A stretch of DNA of 64,000 nucleotides. Origin: Salinivirgaceae bacterium (GTDB taxonomy: Bacteria; Bacteroidota; Bacteroidia; Bacteroidales; SZUA-534). The stretch lies in assembly GCA_024405635.1 (NCBI GenBank), contig JAKSOL010000001.1, forward strand, positions 80,048 through 144,047, given 5' to 3'. The notes beneath the pieces are model-generated. The model saw only the letters and a list, made by a program, of their open reading frames with translations, was not told where the DNA came from and ran no database searches. Shown one piece after another: positions 1-10,314 of this stretch. A program made the translations under genes and the position numbers. The stretch's first letter is position 1; each line of letters begins with the position of its first letter.

Positions 1-3000
1 ATTATTGAAACACAAGTAGTTAATAAATATATTGAGAATGTTTATGCGTCGCAACCAAACGTTAATGTAGTGCCAACTGGTTCAAAAGACAACCCAGTGT
101 TGCGTTTGCGATTCCCAGTTATGGGTAACGACAACAAGCTAATGCTGCAAAAACTGACAGTTAATGCACTTATGCAAACCAAAGATGCAGTACCTGCCAA
201 TGGTGTAAAAATTTATCACACAACAACCGAGTATTTTAGCACCAACACGCTACTTGGTACAGCATCAATAGTAAACGGAAAAGCGGTTTTTAACAATATA
301 AACTACGACTTGCCATACGGAAACTCGTATGTGTGGGTTGCTTGCGATGTTAAGCAAGATAATAATCACGAACTTAAAGGTTACAACATCGACTTTTCGG
401 TTGATGCCAATGCTATAGCAATAAACGGAATAAATTATCCGTCGAGCGAACTGAACCCTACAGGTCAGCGTACTATTAACGAATCAATTTTGATTAACGA
501 CTTTGAGGAATCAATTGCTGGGTGGACTTTCACTGGCGAGTTTGAATGGTCAGAAGCCAAAGGTTTGGGCAGCGGATCGACAGGAGCAAAAGACCCAAGT
601 TATGCTCATAGTGGCAAAAAAATGATAGGAACCGACATTAGCGGTTTGGGAACTTATCCCGGAGACTACGAACTCGGCATTGAAGGTGCTGGGTATAAGG
701 CAGTTACTCCTGAATTGAATTGCTACCACTACAAAGACATCAGTCTTATGTTCTATCGTTGGTTTAATGTAAGCTTTGGCGATAGCGCAACTATTGACGT
801 GAGCCTTGATAACGGAACCACTTGGAACCCATTGTGGGAAAATGCCGTGTATATTTCAGAACGCGATTGGAGTTTCCATAAAATATCGTTGGGCAAATTT
901 GCCGACCGCGCACCAAGCGTAAAACTGCGCTTTACATTAGGACCAACGGGCGAGCTGATGCACCTTTCGGGTTGGAATATCGACGACGTTGCTGTGGTTG
1001 GTACCTTTGTTTATGTTGATGCTGCAGTTACCGCCATCAATTCTCCTATTGACGATTGCGGTCTTTCGTCGGCTGAAGAGGTTAGTGTTACCATTAAAAA
1101 TACAGGTTATAGTAACATAAGTAGCAGTTATAAAGTGAGTTACTCGCTCGATGGTAAAGATTGGGTAACCGAAACGGTTAATCATCCTCTTGTACGCGAC
1201 GAGGAGTTTGTTTACACTTTTAGTAAGAAAGCAGATTTTTCGGCACTTGGCAACCACAATCTTACAGTTCGTGTAGAATTGCCCGACGACGAGTATGCTA
1301 AAAACGACGAAGTAAGTACTGTAATTCGTTCTATTCCATACTTTGAACTCCCTTATGCTGAAGAATTTGAAGAAAACGATGGCTATTGGCGAAATATAGG
1401 CAACAGCACAACTTGGCAATATGGCCGTCCAACGGGCGATAACATATCGTCGGCATACAAAAGCAACAAATGTTGGTTTACTAAACCTGCCAATGGTTAT
1501 GAGGCAAACAATGTTGTTTATCTAGAGAGCCCTTGCTTTAATTTTAGCAACGTGCAACGCCCAATGATGAGTTTTGCAATAACTGGTCATTCAATTGAAA
1601 ATCAAGATGGTGTGGCAGTTTATTATACTACCGATAACGGTCGTACTTGGACTTTGCTACCTGCTGGTGTTGAGTACAGCAAACTACATTGGTACAACAA
1701 AAGCACTAACATTTCAGCTTTAGGCTCTAGCGGCTTTAGTGGCACATTTGGTTGGACTTACATTGAGCAACTTTTGCCTGTTGAATTGGCAGGAAAGTCG
1801 GCTGTAAAATTCCGAATAATGTTTGCCACCGGTGCAGCAAAAACTACTACCCAGAAGATAGAAAACGGAGATGGCGAAGAAGACGATGAATACGTTGATG
1901 TGATAGTTCCTTACGACGGTTTTGCTATCGATAACTTTAAAGTATTTGAGTGCCCTGTTGATGCTGGCGTGCTTGCTATTACTTCGCCAACAAGCGATTG
2001 CTATTTGAGCAAACAACAACAAATTAGCGTAAGCATTAAAAACTATGGTATTCGCGCCATTACTCCAGCCGACACGTTGAGCGCTGCTGTTGAATTGGGT
2101 AGCAAAGTATTCCATCAAAAATTCTTTGCAAGCACCAATATACCGGTTGGCCAATCTGCAACATTTACATTCGACACCACATTCAACATGTACGACAAAA
2201 AGACATATAACATTGTGGCTTACACCGAATTGTATGGCGACACATTGCTATTCAGCACAATAAATAACGACCAAGCTACAGCTCAAGTTTCGGTACTTGG
2301 CGAACCTGCCTACACTTTAGGTCCCGATATTGGTACACTTGATCCAGCAACTTGTGTGGTCGATGGCGGTAAACAATCAAACGGTTCCGATTTTGTTAGT
2401 TATGTGTGGAAGTGCGACGGTGCTCAGGTTTCAACAAACCGTAAAATAAACGGTGTGTCTTTTGCCGATGGAACCGACCGCAAAACTTACACTATTGAAG
2501 TACAAAACAGCAACAATTGTATTTCGCGCGACACCATTGTGGTAATCAATTCGGTGCGTAATATTGGCGTGTCGGCAGTTGAAGGCCTTACCAACAATGG
2601 CTCTATTTGTATTAACAAATTAAACAACGAGGTAACCGTTACAATTACCAACTTCTCAAATCGCGAAGACCTTCGTGTGGGCGAAACATTGGGCGTTGGT
2701 TACATTTTGTACGACGAAGAAGGCCACGAACAAAAAACTGTTGAAACGGTTCAAGTTCCAGGCACAATTGGCTATAACCAAAGTTTCCGATACAAATTCA
2801 CCAACAAACTGAATTTTATTACCAGCGGAGAGCAAAAGGTAAAATTCTTTACAGTGGTTGAGGCTGATATTCAGTACGATAACGACACCACAACGCTCAA
2901 TATGACAGTTAATCCTGTGCCAGTAGTAAACTTGGGCTCTCGTTATTGGCAAGTAGCCGATCCTACTACCATTACACTCGATGCCACCAACGATTTCCCT

Positions 3001-6000
3001 TGTACCTACGTTTGGCAAGACGGATCAACCAACCCAACATTAAGTATTACCAATCCAGCCTCGGCTCACTATGAAGTACGCGTAACCGATTCGCACAATT
3101 GTGCCACAGTTTTAGGTCAAACCGATATTAAAACCGACGATTGGCAAGTGGTTGAAATTACTTCGCCAACCGATATTTGTGCCCCCGAAAGTGACATTGC
3201 AGTGTCGTTTATTTTGAAAAACAATAGTGCCAATGTTTATTCTTCTAGCACCACATTAAAAGCCGATGTAATATTTGGAACAAAAAATTTCAGCGAGCAA
3301 TTTGCTTTGCCTGACAATGTTGGTGCATACGAGGAAATTGAATGCACGTTAAGTACCACCAAAGTTGATATGTCAAGCATTGGAGCTTATAACATAAAAC
3401 TCACCATTACTCCAAACTTCGACATCGACCGTACAAACAACCAAATTTTCGAAACGGTAAACTTGTGGGAGGTGAAAGACGTTGACCTTGGCGATCCTAT
3501 AATTTACACTCACCGTGCCGATACCATTACTCTTGATGCAGGCGCAGGTTGGGCTAGTTATAGTTGGAATGGTGGCCAGTCTGCTGCCCAAACATTTACC
3601 ATACCTAGCAACGAAGATGCTTCGTATTATGTCGAGGTTGAAGATATTCATGGTTGTCAGGGCTCTTTTGCACAAGTCGATATTGTTACTACCGATATTT
3701 ATGTAGAAGAAATTTTGTCGCCAACTACATCGTGCGACATTGCTGGAATTAGCACCATTAAATTGCGCATTCGCAACAACGGTATGAGCGCTATTTTGCC
3801 AGACACCGAACTGTCTTTTAAATTTACAATTGATAACGGAGTAGAGCAGAGCGAAACGTTTGTTTTAACCGAAGGCCTTGATTCTTGTGCAACTGCCATT
3901 GCCTTTTTCAATCACAACCTTAATCTAAATGCCAACTACGAGCACTCGTTCAAAATTCGTCTCGATTGGGACGAAGATCACTTCGTTGACAACAACTCGC
4001 TATCAACTCAAATTAAGCAATATCAACACCCAGAGTCATTTAACTTGGGCGACGATATGTACACTTCTCGCCCCGATACTTTGCATTATTCGTTGCCTAG
4101 CGGATATGTAAACTATATGTGGAGTCATGGCGAGCAAACCGCAGACGTTACCTTGCCATACACCGCTTCAACTCAATATTGGGCGCGTATCAGCAACGAG
4201 TATGGCTGCGTTTCAACCGACACATTCAACATTTACACTCACGACGTTGCGCTTAACATAACTGAAGGTGCAGTTGCACACTGCGAACCTTTTGAAGGTG
4301 AAACCGTTAAAGGCCAAATTGTAATGGAGTCGCTTGACGAAATTGACGAAACAACATCCTTTATTGTAACCTTTAGTGTAAATGGCTACACCGATAGCAA
4401 GACTATTACAGCTCCTAGTATTTCGCACACCGAGCCAGTTGACTTTAGTTTTGATGTGCCAATAACCTTACCTGAAATTGGCAACTACCAATTAACCACA
4501 AGCGTTGAAATGCTTGGTCATCGCGACGTTAACCTTGCAAACAATAACCAAGAGTCGGAAGTGCGAGTTGGCGCTTACCCTTTACCATTGCTCGATAAGG
4601 TTAAAACATACAACCAACTATCAGAAGGCTACGTAATTGATGCAGGTCCTAATTTCGTAAGTTTCGATTGGAGTGTTAGCGGTGAACACTCGCAACAACT
4701 AACCATCCACGAAACAGGAACATACAGCGTTACAGCAACCGACAATAATGGTTGCCAAACAACAGGCAAAACTTTTGTGTTCTTTGCCGAACCAAAATTC
4801 GAGATAACCGACCTTTATCAGTTTAACGACATGTGTAGCACAACCGACCCAGTTTCGGTTGGTTTCTTGCTGGCAAACTCGGGTAACGACACATTGTATG
4901 TTGGTAGCAAAATAGACATTGCATATACCATTGGCGCAAATGCTACAATTAACGAGCAATATGAAGTAACTACCGATATCTTACCAAAAGACACAATTCC
5001 TGTAGTGTTTAAAACTAAAGCCGATTTTAGCACCGCAAACGAAAGTGGCTATTTGGTTAATATCGAAGCATCGGTTGAGGGCGCAGCAAGCGTTTCGCGA
5101 CCTGTTATGATTCACGTTTGGCAACTCCCTAAAGTTGAACTCATTGAGGTGGTTAACGACAAAGATGGCGAACTCCTAACTCGTAACGTATCAACATTGA
5201 AATCAAGTTTCGAAATGGGAACCTCAGGAGTGTTTAACACCTATTTGTGGAGCAATAAATCAACCGGACAAACTCTAACCGTTGACAAAAGCGGCACTTA
5301 TTGGGTTACTGCAACCAACCAACATGGATGTAGAGCTGCCGATACCGTTGACCTCCACTTTATTCCTCCAACTGTGGCCATTATCGATATGAAAGCACCA
5401 AACTCGGTTTGTGGCAGCATCGACAACCAAACAGTAAGCGTGGTTATTATGAACAATGGCGAAAAAGTTGTTGATGCTGGAACCGACATCCATCTACATT
5501 ACATTGTTGACAAGTATGCCGATGTTTCAGAAGACTTGACTCTTAAATCCGATTTTGTTTATGGTGCAAGCATAAACTACGACTTTAAAAATAAACTAAC
5601 CATTGCCGAATCGGGCGACTATGCAGTCAAATTCATCTTAACAATAGGCGACGAAACAAAAGATACAAGCATATACAACTTGAGCGCTTATCCAGTGCCT
5701 GAATTTACTTTCCCACATGCCGAAATTAAGTCGAAAGAGTCTCCTTACACCATTGAGGCCCCAAAATCGGCAGTTTCCGACGTGGCTTACCTTTGGAGCA
5801 CTGGAGCAACATCAAACAGCATAAGTGTATTTGGCTCTGGTAAATACGAACTTACACTTACCACTCCACAAGGATGTAGCTTTACAAGTTCGGTGTCGTT
5901 TGTTTTAGAAAACAACCAAGGCATTGACGACGATAACATTTCAGAAGTGCAAATTCAAATGGTGAAACTATATCCAGTACCTGCGCGAAACTTGCTTAAC

Positions 6001-6189
6001 GTAAATTTGCCACATCAATTGCAAGGTTCAAACTTGGTAATAATGAATTCAGCAGGAATGGTTATTAGCAAAATTGATGCAGCTGAAATGGTAAATACTA
6101 TTGACGTTAGCAATTGGGCTCAAGGCGTTTACTTCTTGAATTTGGAAAACAACCAAGGTTCAGCAACATTCAAATTCATTGTTCAATAA
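1..6189 (+). CDS. Very large secreted surface protein, 5'-truncated by the window edge. It has two MAM/LamG-like (choice-of-anchor-J-like) jelly-roll domains, then alternating CARDB/Ig-like and 'YxW...G.Y.V...D..GC' beta-sandwich modules, and ends in a T9SS sorting domain.
   Basis: The reading frame is open from nt 1, with no stop upstream of the track's GTG at 70. 'SP(T/I)xxC...(V/I)x(V/L)xI(K/R)N(x)G' module starts recur at least 4 times. The 'Y(L/V/S/M)W..G......(I/L).V...G.Y.V...D..GC' module recurs about 7 times. The C-terminal ~80 aa (KLYPVPARNLLNVNL...GVYFLNLEN...FKFIVQ) match the T9SS type-A CTD pattern. Confidence 0.8.
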   Translation: MIETQVVNKYIENVYASQPNVNVVPTGSKDNPVLRLRFPVMGNDNKLMLQKLTVNALMQTKDAVPANGVKIYHTTTEYFSTNTLLGTASIVNGKAVFNNINYDLPYGNSYVWVACDVKQDNNHELKGYNIDFSVDANAIAINGINYPSSELNPTGQRTINESILINDFEESIAGWTFTGEFEWSEAKGLGSGSTGAKDPSYAHSGKKMIGTDISGLGTYPGDYELGIEGAGYKAVTPELNCYHYKDISLMFYRWFNVSFGDSATIDVSLDNGTTWNPLWENAVYISERDWSFHKISLGKFADRAPSVKLRFTLGPTGELMHLSGWNIDDVAVVGTFVYVDAAVTAINSPIDDCGLSSAEEVSVTIKNTGYSNISSSYKVSYSLDGKDWVTETVNHPLVRDEEFVYTFSKKADFSALGNHNLTVRVELPDDEYAKNDEVSTVIRSIPYFELPYAEEFEENDGYWRNIGNSTTWQYGRPTGDNISSAYKSNKCWFTKPANGYEANNVVYLESPCFNFSNVQRPMMSFAITGHSIENQDGVAVYYTTDNGRTWTLLPAGVEYSKLHWYNKSTNISALGSSGFSGTFGWTYIEQLLPVELAGKSAVKFRIMFATGAAKTTTQKIENGDGEEDDEYVDVIVPYDGFAIDNFKVFECPVDAGVLAITSPTSDCYLSKQQQISVSIKNYGIRAITPADTLSAAVELGSKVFHQKFFASTNIPVGQSATFTFDTTFNMYDKKTYNIVAYTELYGDTLLFSTINNDQATAQVSVLGEPAYTLGPDIGTLDPATCVVDGGKQSNGSDFVSYVWKCDGAQVSTNRKINGVSFADGTDRKTYTIEVQNSNNCISRDTIVVINSVRNIGVSAVEGLTNNGSICINKLNNEVTVTITNFSNREDLRVGETLGVGYILYDEEGHEQKTVETVQVPGTIGYNQSFRYKFTNKLNFITSGEQKVKFFTVVEADIQYDNDTTTLNMTVNPVPVVNLGSRYWQVADPTTITLDATNDFPCTYVWQDGSTNPTLSITNPASAHYEVRVTDSHNCATVLGQTDIKTDDWQVVEITSPTDICAPESDIAVSFILKNNSANVYSSSTTLKADVIFGTKNFSEQFALPDNVGAYEEIECTLSTTKVDMSSIGAYNIKLTITPNFDIDRTNNQIFETVNLWEVKDVDLGDPIIYTHRADTITLDAGAGWASYSWNGGQSAAQTFTIPSNEDASYYVEVEDIHGCQGSFAQVDIVTTDIYVEEILSPTTSCDIAGISTIKLRIRNNGMSAILPDTELSFKFTIDNGVEQSETFVLTEGLDSCATAIAFFNHNLNLNANYEHSFKIRLDWDEDHFVDNNSLSTQIKQYQHPESFNLGDDMYTSRPDTLHYSLPSGYVNYMWSHGEQTADVTLPYTASTQYWARISNEYGCVSTDTFNIYTHDVALNITEGAVAHCEPFEGETVKGQIVMESLDEIDETTSFIVTFSVNGYTDSKTITAPSISHTEPVDFSFDVPITLPEIGNYQLTTSVEMLGHRDVNLANNNQESEVRVGAYPLPLLDKVKTYNQLSEGYVIDAGPNFVSFDWSVSGEHSQQLTIHETGTYSVTATDNNGCQTTGKTFVFFAEPKFEITDLYQFNDMCSTTDPVSVGFLLANSGNDTLYVGSKIDIAYTIGANATINEQYEVTTDILPKDTIPVVFKTKADFSTANESGYLVNIEASVEGAASVSRPVMIHVWQLPKVELIEVVNDKDGELLTRNVSTLKSSFEMGTSGVFNTYLWSNKSTGQTLTVDKSGTYWVTATNQHGCRAADTVDLHFIPPTVAIIDMKAPNSVCGSIDNQTVSVVIMNNGEKVVDAGTDIHLHYIVDKYADVSEDLTLKSDFVYGASINYDFKNKLTIAESGDYAVKFILTIGDETKDTSIYNLSAYPVPEFTFPHAEIKSKESPYTIEAPKSAVSDVAYLWSTGATSNSISVFGSGKYELTLTTPQGCSFTSSVSFVLENNQGIDDDNISEVQIQMVKLYPVPARNLLNVNLPHQLQGSNLVIMNSAGMVISKIDAAEMVNTIDVSNWAQGVYFLNLENNQGSATFKFIVQ
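5947..6186 (+). other. T9SS type-A C-terminal sorting domain (Por secretion tail) of the large surface protein
   Basis: The terminal sequence VKLYPVPARNLLNVNLP...NLVIMNSAGMVISKID...GVYFLNLENNQGSATFKFIVQ is typical of TIGR04183-type CTDs. Confidence 0.75.
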
Positions 6190-6196
6190 ACTGAAT

Positions 6197-6949
6197 ATGG
6201 CGCGCTACTTTTTGGTACTCGATTACAACGGAACCAACTTTTTTGGCTGGCAGCGGCAACCAAAACAAATAACTGTGCAAGGTTGTATTGAGCAAGCCTT
6301 GTCAACCTTGTTGCACCAACCAACTGAGGTTACTGGTTGTGGCCGCACCGACACAGGTGTGCATGCAGTTAATTACGTTGCACATTTTGATGCCGAACAA
6401 ACCAACCTTCACACCGATAGTAAATTCTTGTATCAACTTAATAGCATGCTGCCATATCATATTTGCATCAAACGCATATCGCCAGTTCCGACCGAAGCGC
6501 ATGCAAGGTTTGATGCAACTTGCCGCACATATAAATATTATCTCACAACACGAAAAGACCCGTTTCGGCTCGATTTTGCAATGCTGCAACGTGGTAGCAA
6601 CGTGCCAAATATCGAATTGATGAACCAAGCTGCCGAACATTTGTTGCACATCAACGATTTTGCAAGTTTCTGCAAAGCCGGTAGCGACATTAAAACCACA
6701 CTTTGTGAAGTGAGCGTGGCACATTGGGAACAACAAGGCGATTTGCTAGTGTTTACAATAAGAGCCAATCGTTTTTTGCGAAACATGGTGCGTGCAGTAG
6801 TTGGAACATTACTCGAAGTAGGTACAGGCAAAATATCGGTTAACGATTTTTACAACATTGTTGAAAGCCATAACCGAGGCTGTGCAGGCACCTCTGCCGA
6901 TGCAAAAGGACTTTTTTTAGTTGACATTAAATACCCTTACGAATATTAG
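6197..6949 (+). CDS. truA: tRNA pseudouridine(38-40) synthase TruA
   Basis: MARYFLVLDYNGTNFFGWQRQP...GCGRTDTGVHA carries the catalytic Asp motif. The ATG at 6197 is preferred over the track's TTG at 6179, which overlaps the upstream stop. Confidence 0.9.
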   Translation: MARYFLVLDYNGTNFFGWQRQPKQITVQGCIEQALSTLLHQPTEVTGCGRTDTGVHAVNYVAHFDAEQTNLHTDSKFLYQLNSMLPYHICIKRISPVPTEAHARFDATCRTYKYYLTTRKDPFRLDFAMLQRGSNVPNIELMNQAAEHLLHINDFASFCKAGSDIKTTLCEVSVAHWEQQGDLLVFTIRANRFLRNMVRAVVGTLLEVGTGKISVNDFYNIVESHNRGCAGTSADAKGLFLVDIKYPYEY

Positions 6950-6950
6950 T

Positions 6951-7319
6951 ATGAAAACGTTTCTTACAATTACCTTGCTCGTGTTGAGCAACACTTTTAT
7001 GACCTTTGCGTGGTATGGCCACCTTAAGTTCAAAGAAATGAAATGGTTTAGTGCGCTACCATTGGTTGCTGTAATTCTCATTAGTTGGGGAATAGCACTA
7101 TTTGAGTACTTCTGTCAAGTGCCTGCCAATCGCATTGGTTTTCGCGAAAACGGTGGACCTTTTTCGTTGGTTGAACTTAAAGTCATTCAAGAAGTTATAA
7201 CACTTACTATCTTCACCATTTTTACATTGGTGTTTTTTAAAACCGAAACATTTCGTCTCAATCACCTAATTGGTTTTGTATTCCTTATTCTTGCAGTTTA
7301 TTTCATTTTTAAGAAATAG
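6951..7319 (+). CDS. Small DMT-superfamily membrane protein (DUF486-like)
   Basis: It begins MKTFLTITLLVLSNTFMTFAWYGHLKF, has about 4 hydrophobic helices and is 122 aa from the ATG at 6951. Confidence 0.7.
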   Translation: MKTFLTITLLVLSNTFMTFAWYGHLKFKEMKWFSALPLVAVILISWGIALFEYFCQVPANRIGFRENGGPFSLVELKVIQEVITLTIFTIFTLVFFKTETFRLNHLIGFVFLILAVYFIFKK

Positions 7320-7341
7320 GCAGTAGAATTACAAAAGGCAT

Positions 7342-7381
7342 AAAAAAAGCGAGAATCTTTTTTCAAGGTCCTCGCTTTTTA
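7342..7381. terminator. Bidirectional rho-independent terminator between convergent genes
   Basis: An A-run, the stem GCGAG(7349-7353)/CTCGC(7371-7375), then a T-run. Confidence 0.6.
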
Positions 7382-7400
7382 TTTTGTACAATTTTAAGAC

Positions 7401-7904
7401 TTATCTTGCAAATTTATCAAGGTCGCTAGCCATTTGCAATTTGTGAGCTGTTACGTTGTCTTTTCTAATCTCAATTTTAATCTTATCGTCTTGAACGTAA
7501 AAATTAATAGCCGAACCTTTTTCAAGTGAACCAGTACGTTCAGTAACAATCAATGTGCTAGCATCAGCCACAAGACCTGTTGCTTTTTCCATGTTTGCAG
7601 CATTGCTTACACCAGTTCCTAAAAACAAAATGTGGCATTTTGAAATTTCGTCAACGGTTTTCACTTTTCTAATAACAATATCTTGCATACCCAATTTTTT
7701 ACCTGTTGTAATGGTTGTCAATTGTGATGCAAGTTCATTGTGGTTAACAACACATATAACAAAATCGCCATTCTTGTCTGCCGATGGCCAGTTTATTTGT
7801 TTAGTGAAGTTATAGATAAACAGCGCCTTGTATTTCGCATCTTGAGCCTCTACGCACAGAGCGAATAGGAAAACGCTCGCAATGGTTAGAAGTATTCTTT
7901 TCAT
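7401..7904 (-). CDS. YfiR-family (DUF4154) periplasmic protein
   Basis: It has a signal peptide (MKRILLTIASVFLFALCVEAQ) followed by KYKALFIYNFTKQINWP, the typical DUF4154 N-terminus. Confidence 0.65.
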   Translation of the reverse strand: MKRILLTIASVFLFALCVEAQDAKYKALFIYNFTKQINWPSADKNGDFVICVVNHNELASQLTTITTGKKLGMQDIVIRKVKTVDEISKCHILFLGTGVSNAANMEKATGLVADASTLIVTERTGSLEKGSAINFYVQDDKIKIEIRKDNVTAHKLQMASDLDKFAR

Positions 7905-8214
7905 ATTCGTATAGTTTGTGGTTTGTGATAGTGTTGCTAAAATATGTATTAAAACTATTCACAATGCATTGTTAAGAAGTTTTTTTTGTTAAAAAGAACT
8001 TTTTTGTAGCAATAATTTGTTCAATAATGACATTTGTCATTAAAATATGTCACCTATTTGCATAATAGATAAATAGACCTATTGTACAAACGACAAATGT
8101 TATTGCATAGTTACTATGCTAGCTAATGGTTAAAGTTTTTTGATGCGAAAGGTGCTAATATCAAAAATTCATTGAATAAACCTTTTTACTTTTGTGCCGC
8201 TAAAATCAATGTAG

Positions 8215-9645
8215 ATGGAAGTAGGCAATTTGCTCAACAACGATATTTTTAAAGCAGTTTCGACCATTTTGGGGCAACGCAATCAGCAAGCTTTTGTAAT
8301 TGGAGGTTTTGTGCGTGATTGGAAATTGGGACGCCCATCAAACGATATCGATATAGTTACTGTTGGTAGTGGAATTGAATTGGCTACTGAAGTGGCTGCA
8401 TACCTTGGCAAAAAAGTGCATCGCAACATTAAAGTGTCGGTGTTTAAAAACTTTGGCACAGCCATGTTTAAGTTCAATAATATTGAGGTTGAATTTGTTG
8501 GTGCACGTAAAGAATCGTATAACCGAAATTCGCGCAAGCCTATTGTTGAAGATGGCACTTTAGAGGATGACCAATGTCGTCGCGATTTTACCATAAATGC
8601 ACTAGCCCTCAACTTACATCCCGACCATTATGGCGAATTGATTGACCCATTTGGTGGAATTCAGGACTTGGAAAATAAAATTATTCGCACTCCTCTTGAC
8701 CCCGATACCACATACTCTGACGACCCGTTGCGAATGTTGCGAGCCATAAGGTTTGCTACTCAACTCAATTTTATGATTGAAGACGAGTCGTTTGCCGCCA
8801 TTGAGCGTAATAAAGAGCGAATAAAAATTATTTCGCAAGAGCGTGTTATTGAGGAGTTTAATAAAATTATGCTTTCGCCGCAGCCGTCAGTGGGCATAAA
8901 GTTGCTTCAAAAAGTAGGGTTGCTTGCCATAGTTTTTCCTCAAATAGAGGCTCTTAAAGGTGTTGAGGTTATTGATGGTTGCCGACATAAAGACAATTTT
9001 TATCACACAATTGAGGTGCTTGATAATGTTTGCCGAACTTCTAACGACATTTGGCTTCGTTGGGCAGCATTGTTGCACGATGTGGGTAAACCAGTAACAA
9101 AAAAATATATTAAAGATCAGGGGTGGACTTTTCGTGGTCACGAATTTGTTGGCAGTAAAATGGTTCCACAAATCTTTAAACAGTTGAAACTTCCACTAAA
9201 TGAGAAGATGAAGTATGTGCAAAAAATGGTGTTGTTGCACATGCGCCCAATTGTTTTGGCCGAAGATATTGTGACCGATAGCGCAGTTCGTCGGTTGTTG
9301 TTTGAGGCTGGCGACGATATTGACGACCTAATGTTGTTGTGCGATGCCGATATTACTTCAAAAAATCCCGAAAAGGTTAGTCGTTACCTTGATAACTACC
9401 AACTTGTGCGAAGAAAATTGGTAGAGGTAGAGGAAAAAGATCGGGTGCGGAACTGGCAACCTCCTATTACTGGCGAAATGATTATTGAAACATTTAAGTT
9501 GTCGCCATGTAGGGCTATTGGTGATATAAAAAACGCAATAAAAGAGGCTATTCTTGATGGAGAGATTGAAAATTCGTACGAGGCTGCTTATGCGTTTATG
9601 CTTGAAAAAGGGCAAGAAATGGGCCTTAAAGTGGGGGGCAAATAG
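8215..9645 (+). CDS. CCA tRNA nucleotidyltransferase / poly(A) polymerase family protein with an HD domain
   Basis: It carries the nucleotidyltransferase motif [28 protein letters not shown], and the HD region ALLHDVGKP. Confidence 0.85.
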   Translation: MEVGNLLNNDIFKAVSTILGQRNQQAFVIGGFVRDWKLGRPSNDIDIVTVGSGIELATEVAAYLGKKVHRNIKVSVFKNFGTAMFKFNNIEVEFVGARKESYNRNSRKPIVEDGTLEDDQCRRDFTINALALNLHPDHYGELIDPFGGIQDLENKIIRTPLDPDTTYSDDPLRMLRAIRFATQLNFMIEDESFAAIERNKERIKIISQERVIEEFNKIMLSPQPSVGIKLLQKVGLLAIVFPQIEALKGVEVIDGCRHKDNFYHTIEVLDNVCRTSNDIWLRWAALLHDVGKPVTKKYIKDQGWTFRGHEFVGSKMVPQIFKQLKLPLNEKMKYVQKMVLLHMRPIVLAEDIVTDSAVRRLLFEAGDDIDDLMLLCDADITSKNPEKVSRYLDNYQLVRRKLVEVEEKDRVRNWQPPITGEMIIETFKLSPCRAIGDIKNAIKEAILDGEIENSYEAAYAFMLEKGQEMGLKVGGK

Positions 9646-10185
9646 TTAATTGTCAATATATTCTTCTTCGTTGCCTTTATACCACTCGGCAAAGTCGATA
9701 TAGTGGTTGGCCGATTTGGTAATCATTGCTTCGCATTGTGCGGGCGAAAGGTCTTTTACTTTTTTTGCAGGAACTCCAGCATATACACTATTTGCCTCAA
9801 GTACAGTTCTTCCTAACACTAAGGCTCCAGCGGCAACAATTACGTTTGAGTTTACAACAGCATTGTCAAGTATGGTTGATCCCATGCCAATCAAAACATT
9901 GTCTTTTACTGTTGCTCCATGAACAGTGGCGTTGTGGCCAATGGTTACGTTGTTGCCAATAATGGTTTGCGATGTTTTAAAACTACCATGAATCACAGCC
10001 CCATCTTGAATGTTTGTGCAGTTGCCAATGCGTATTCCGCTAACGTCGCCGCGCAAAACTGCTCCGTACCAAATGCTGCAGTTGTCGCCGGTTTCAACAT
10101 CGCCAATTACAACGGCAGTTTCTGCTAAAAAATTGTTTTTGCCTAGTTTTGGTTTTACGCCATTCAGTGTTCTTATAAGTGCCAT
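9646..10185 (-). CDS. Gamma-carbonic-anhydrase-like / hexapeptide-repeat (LbH) protein
   Basis: Left-handed beta-helix hexapeptide repeats are present (VIGDVETGDNCSIWYGAVLRGDV..IRIGNCTNIQDGAVIH). The start is set at the ATG giving MALIRTLNG. Confidence 0.8.
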   Translation of the reverse strand: MALIRTLNGVKPKLGKNNFLAETAVVIGDVETGDNCSIWYGAVLRGDVSGIRIGNCTNIQDGAVIHGSFKTSQTIIGNNVTIGHNATVHGATVKDNVLIGMGSTILDNAVVNSNVIVAAGALVLGRTVLEANSVYAGVPAKKVKDLSPAQCEAMITKSANHYIDFAEWYKGNEEEYIDN

Positions 10186-10314
10186 AATTGTTAGTTTCTT
10201 TTGGCTCAAAAGTGCACAATTATCTTTTGCGTTTCAATAGCAAATGTTGGTTGTTGGGGAATAAAAAACGCCCGAATTAGTGTTCGAGCGTTTTGTGTTA
10301 ACTTATGCAAATGT

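Noticed and set aside
70-6189. The track's GTG start at 70 for the giant protein and GTG start at 63925 for the partial paralog
   Set aside because: Both frames remain open to the window edges (nt 1 and nt 64000). The genes are more likely truncated by the window than started at these alternative codons.
6288-6831. Alternative-frame ORFs overlapping truA (6288-6620, 6302-6736, 6538-6831). The same pattern occurs inside ftsK, clpB, thiC, the GH genes and dnaX/umuC.
   Set aside because: They lie entirely within confidently identified genes, have no recognisable motifs, and have biased compositions typical of off-frame translation.
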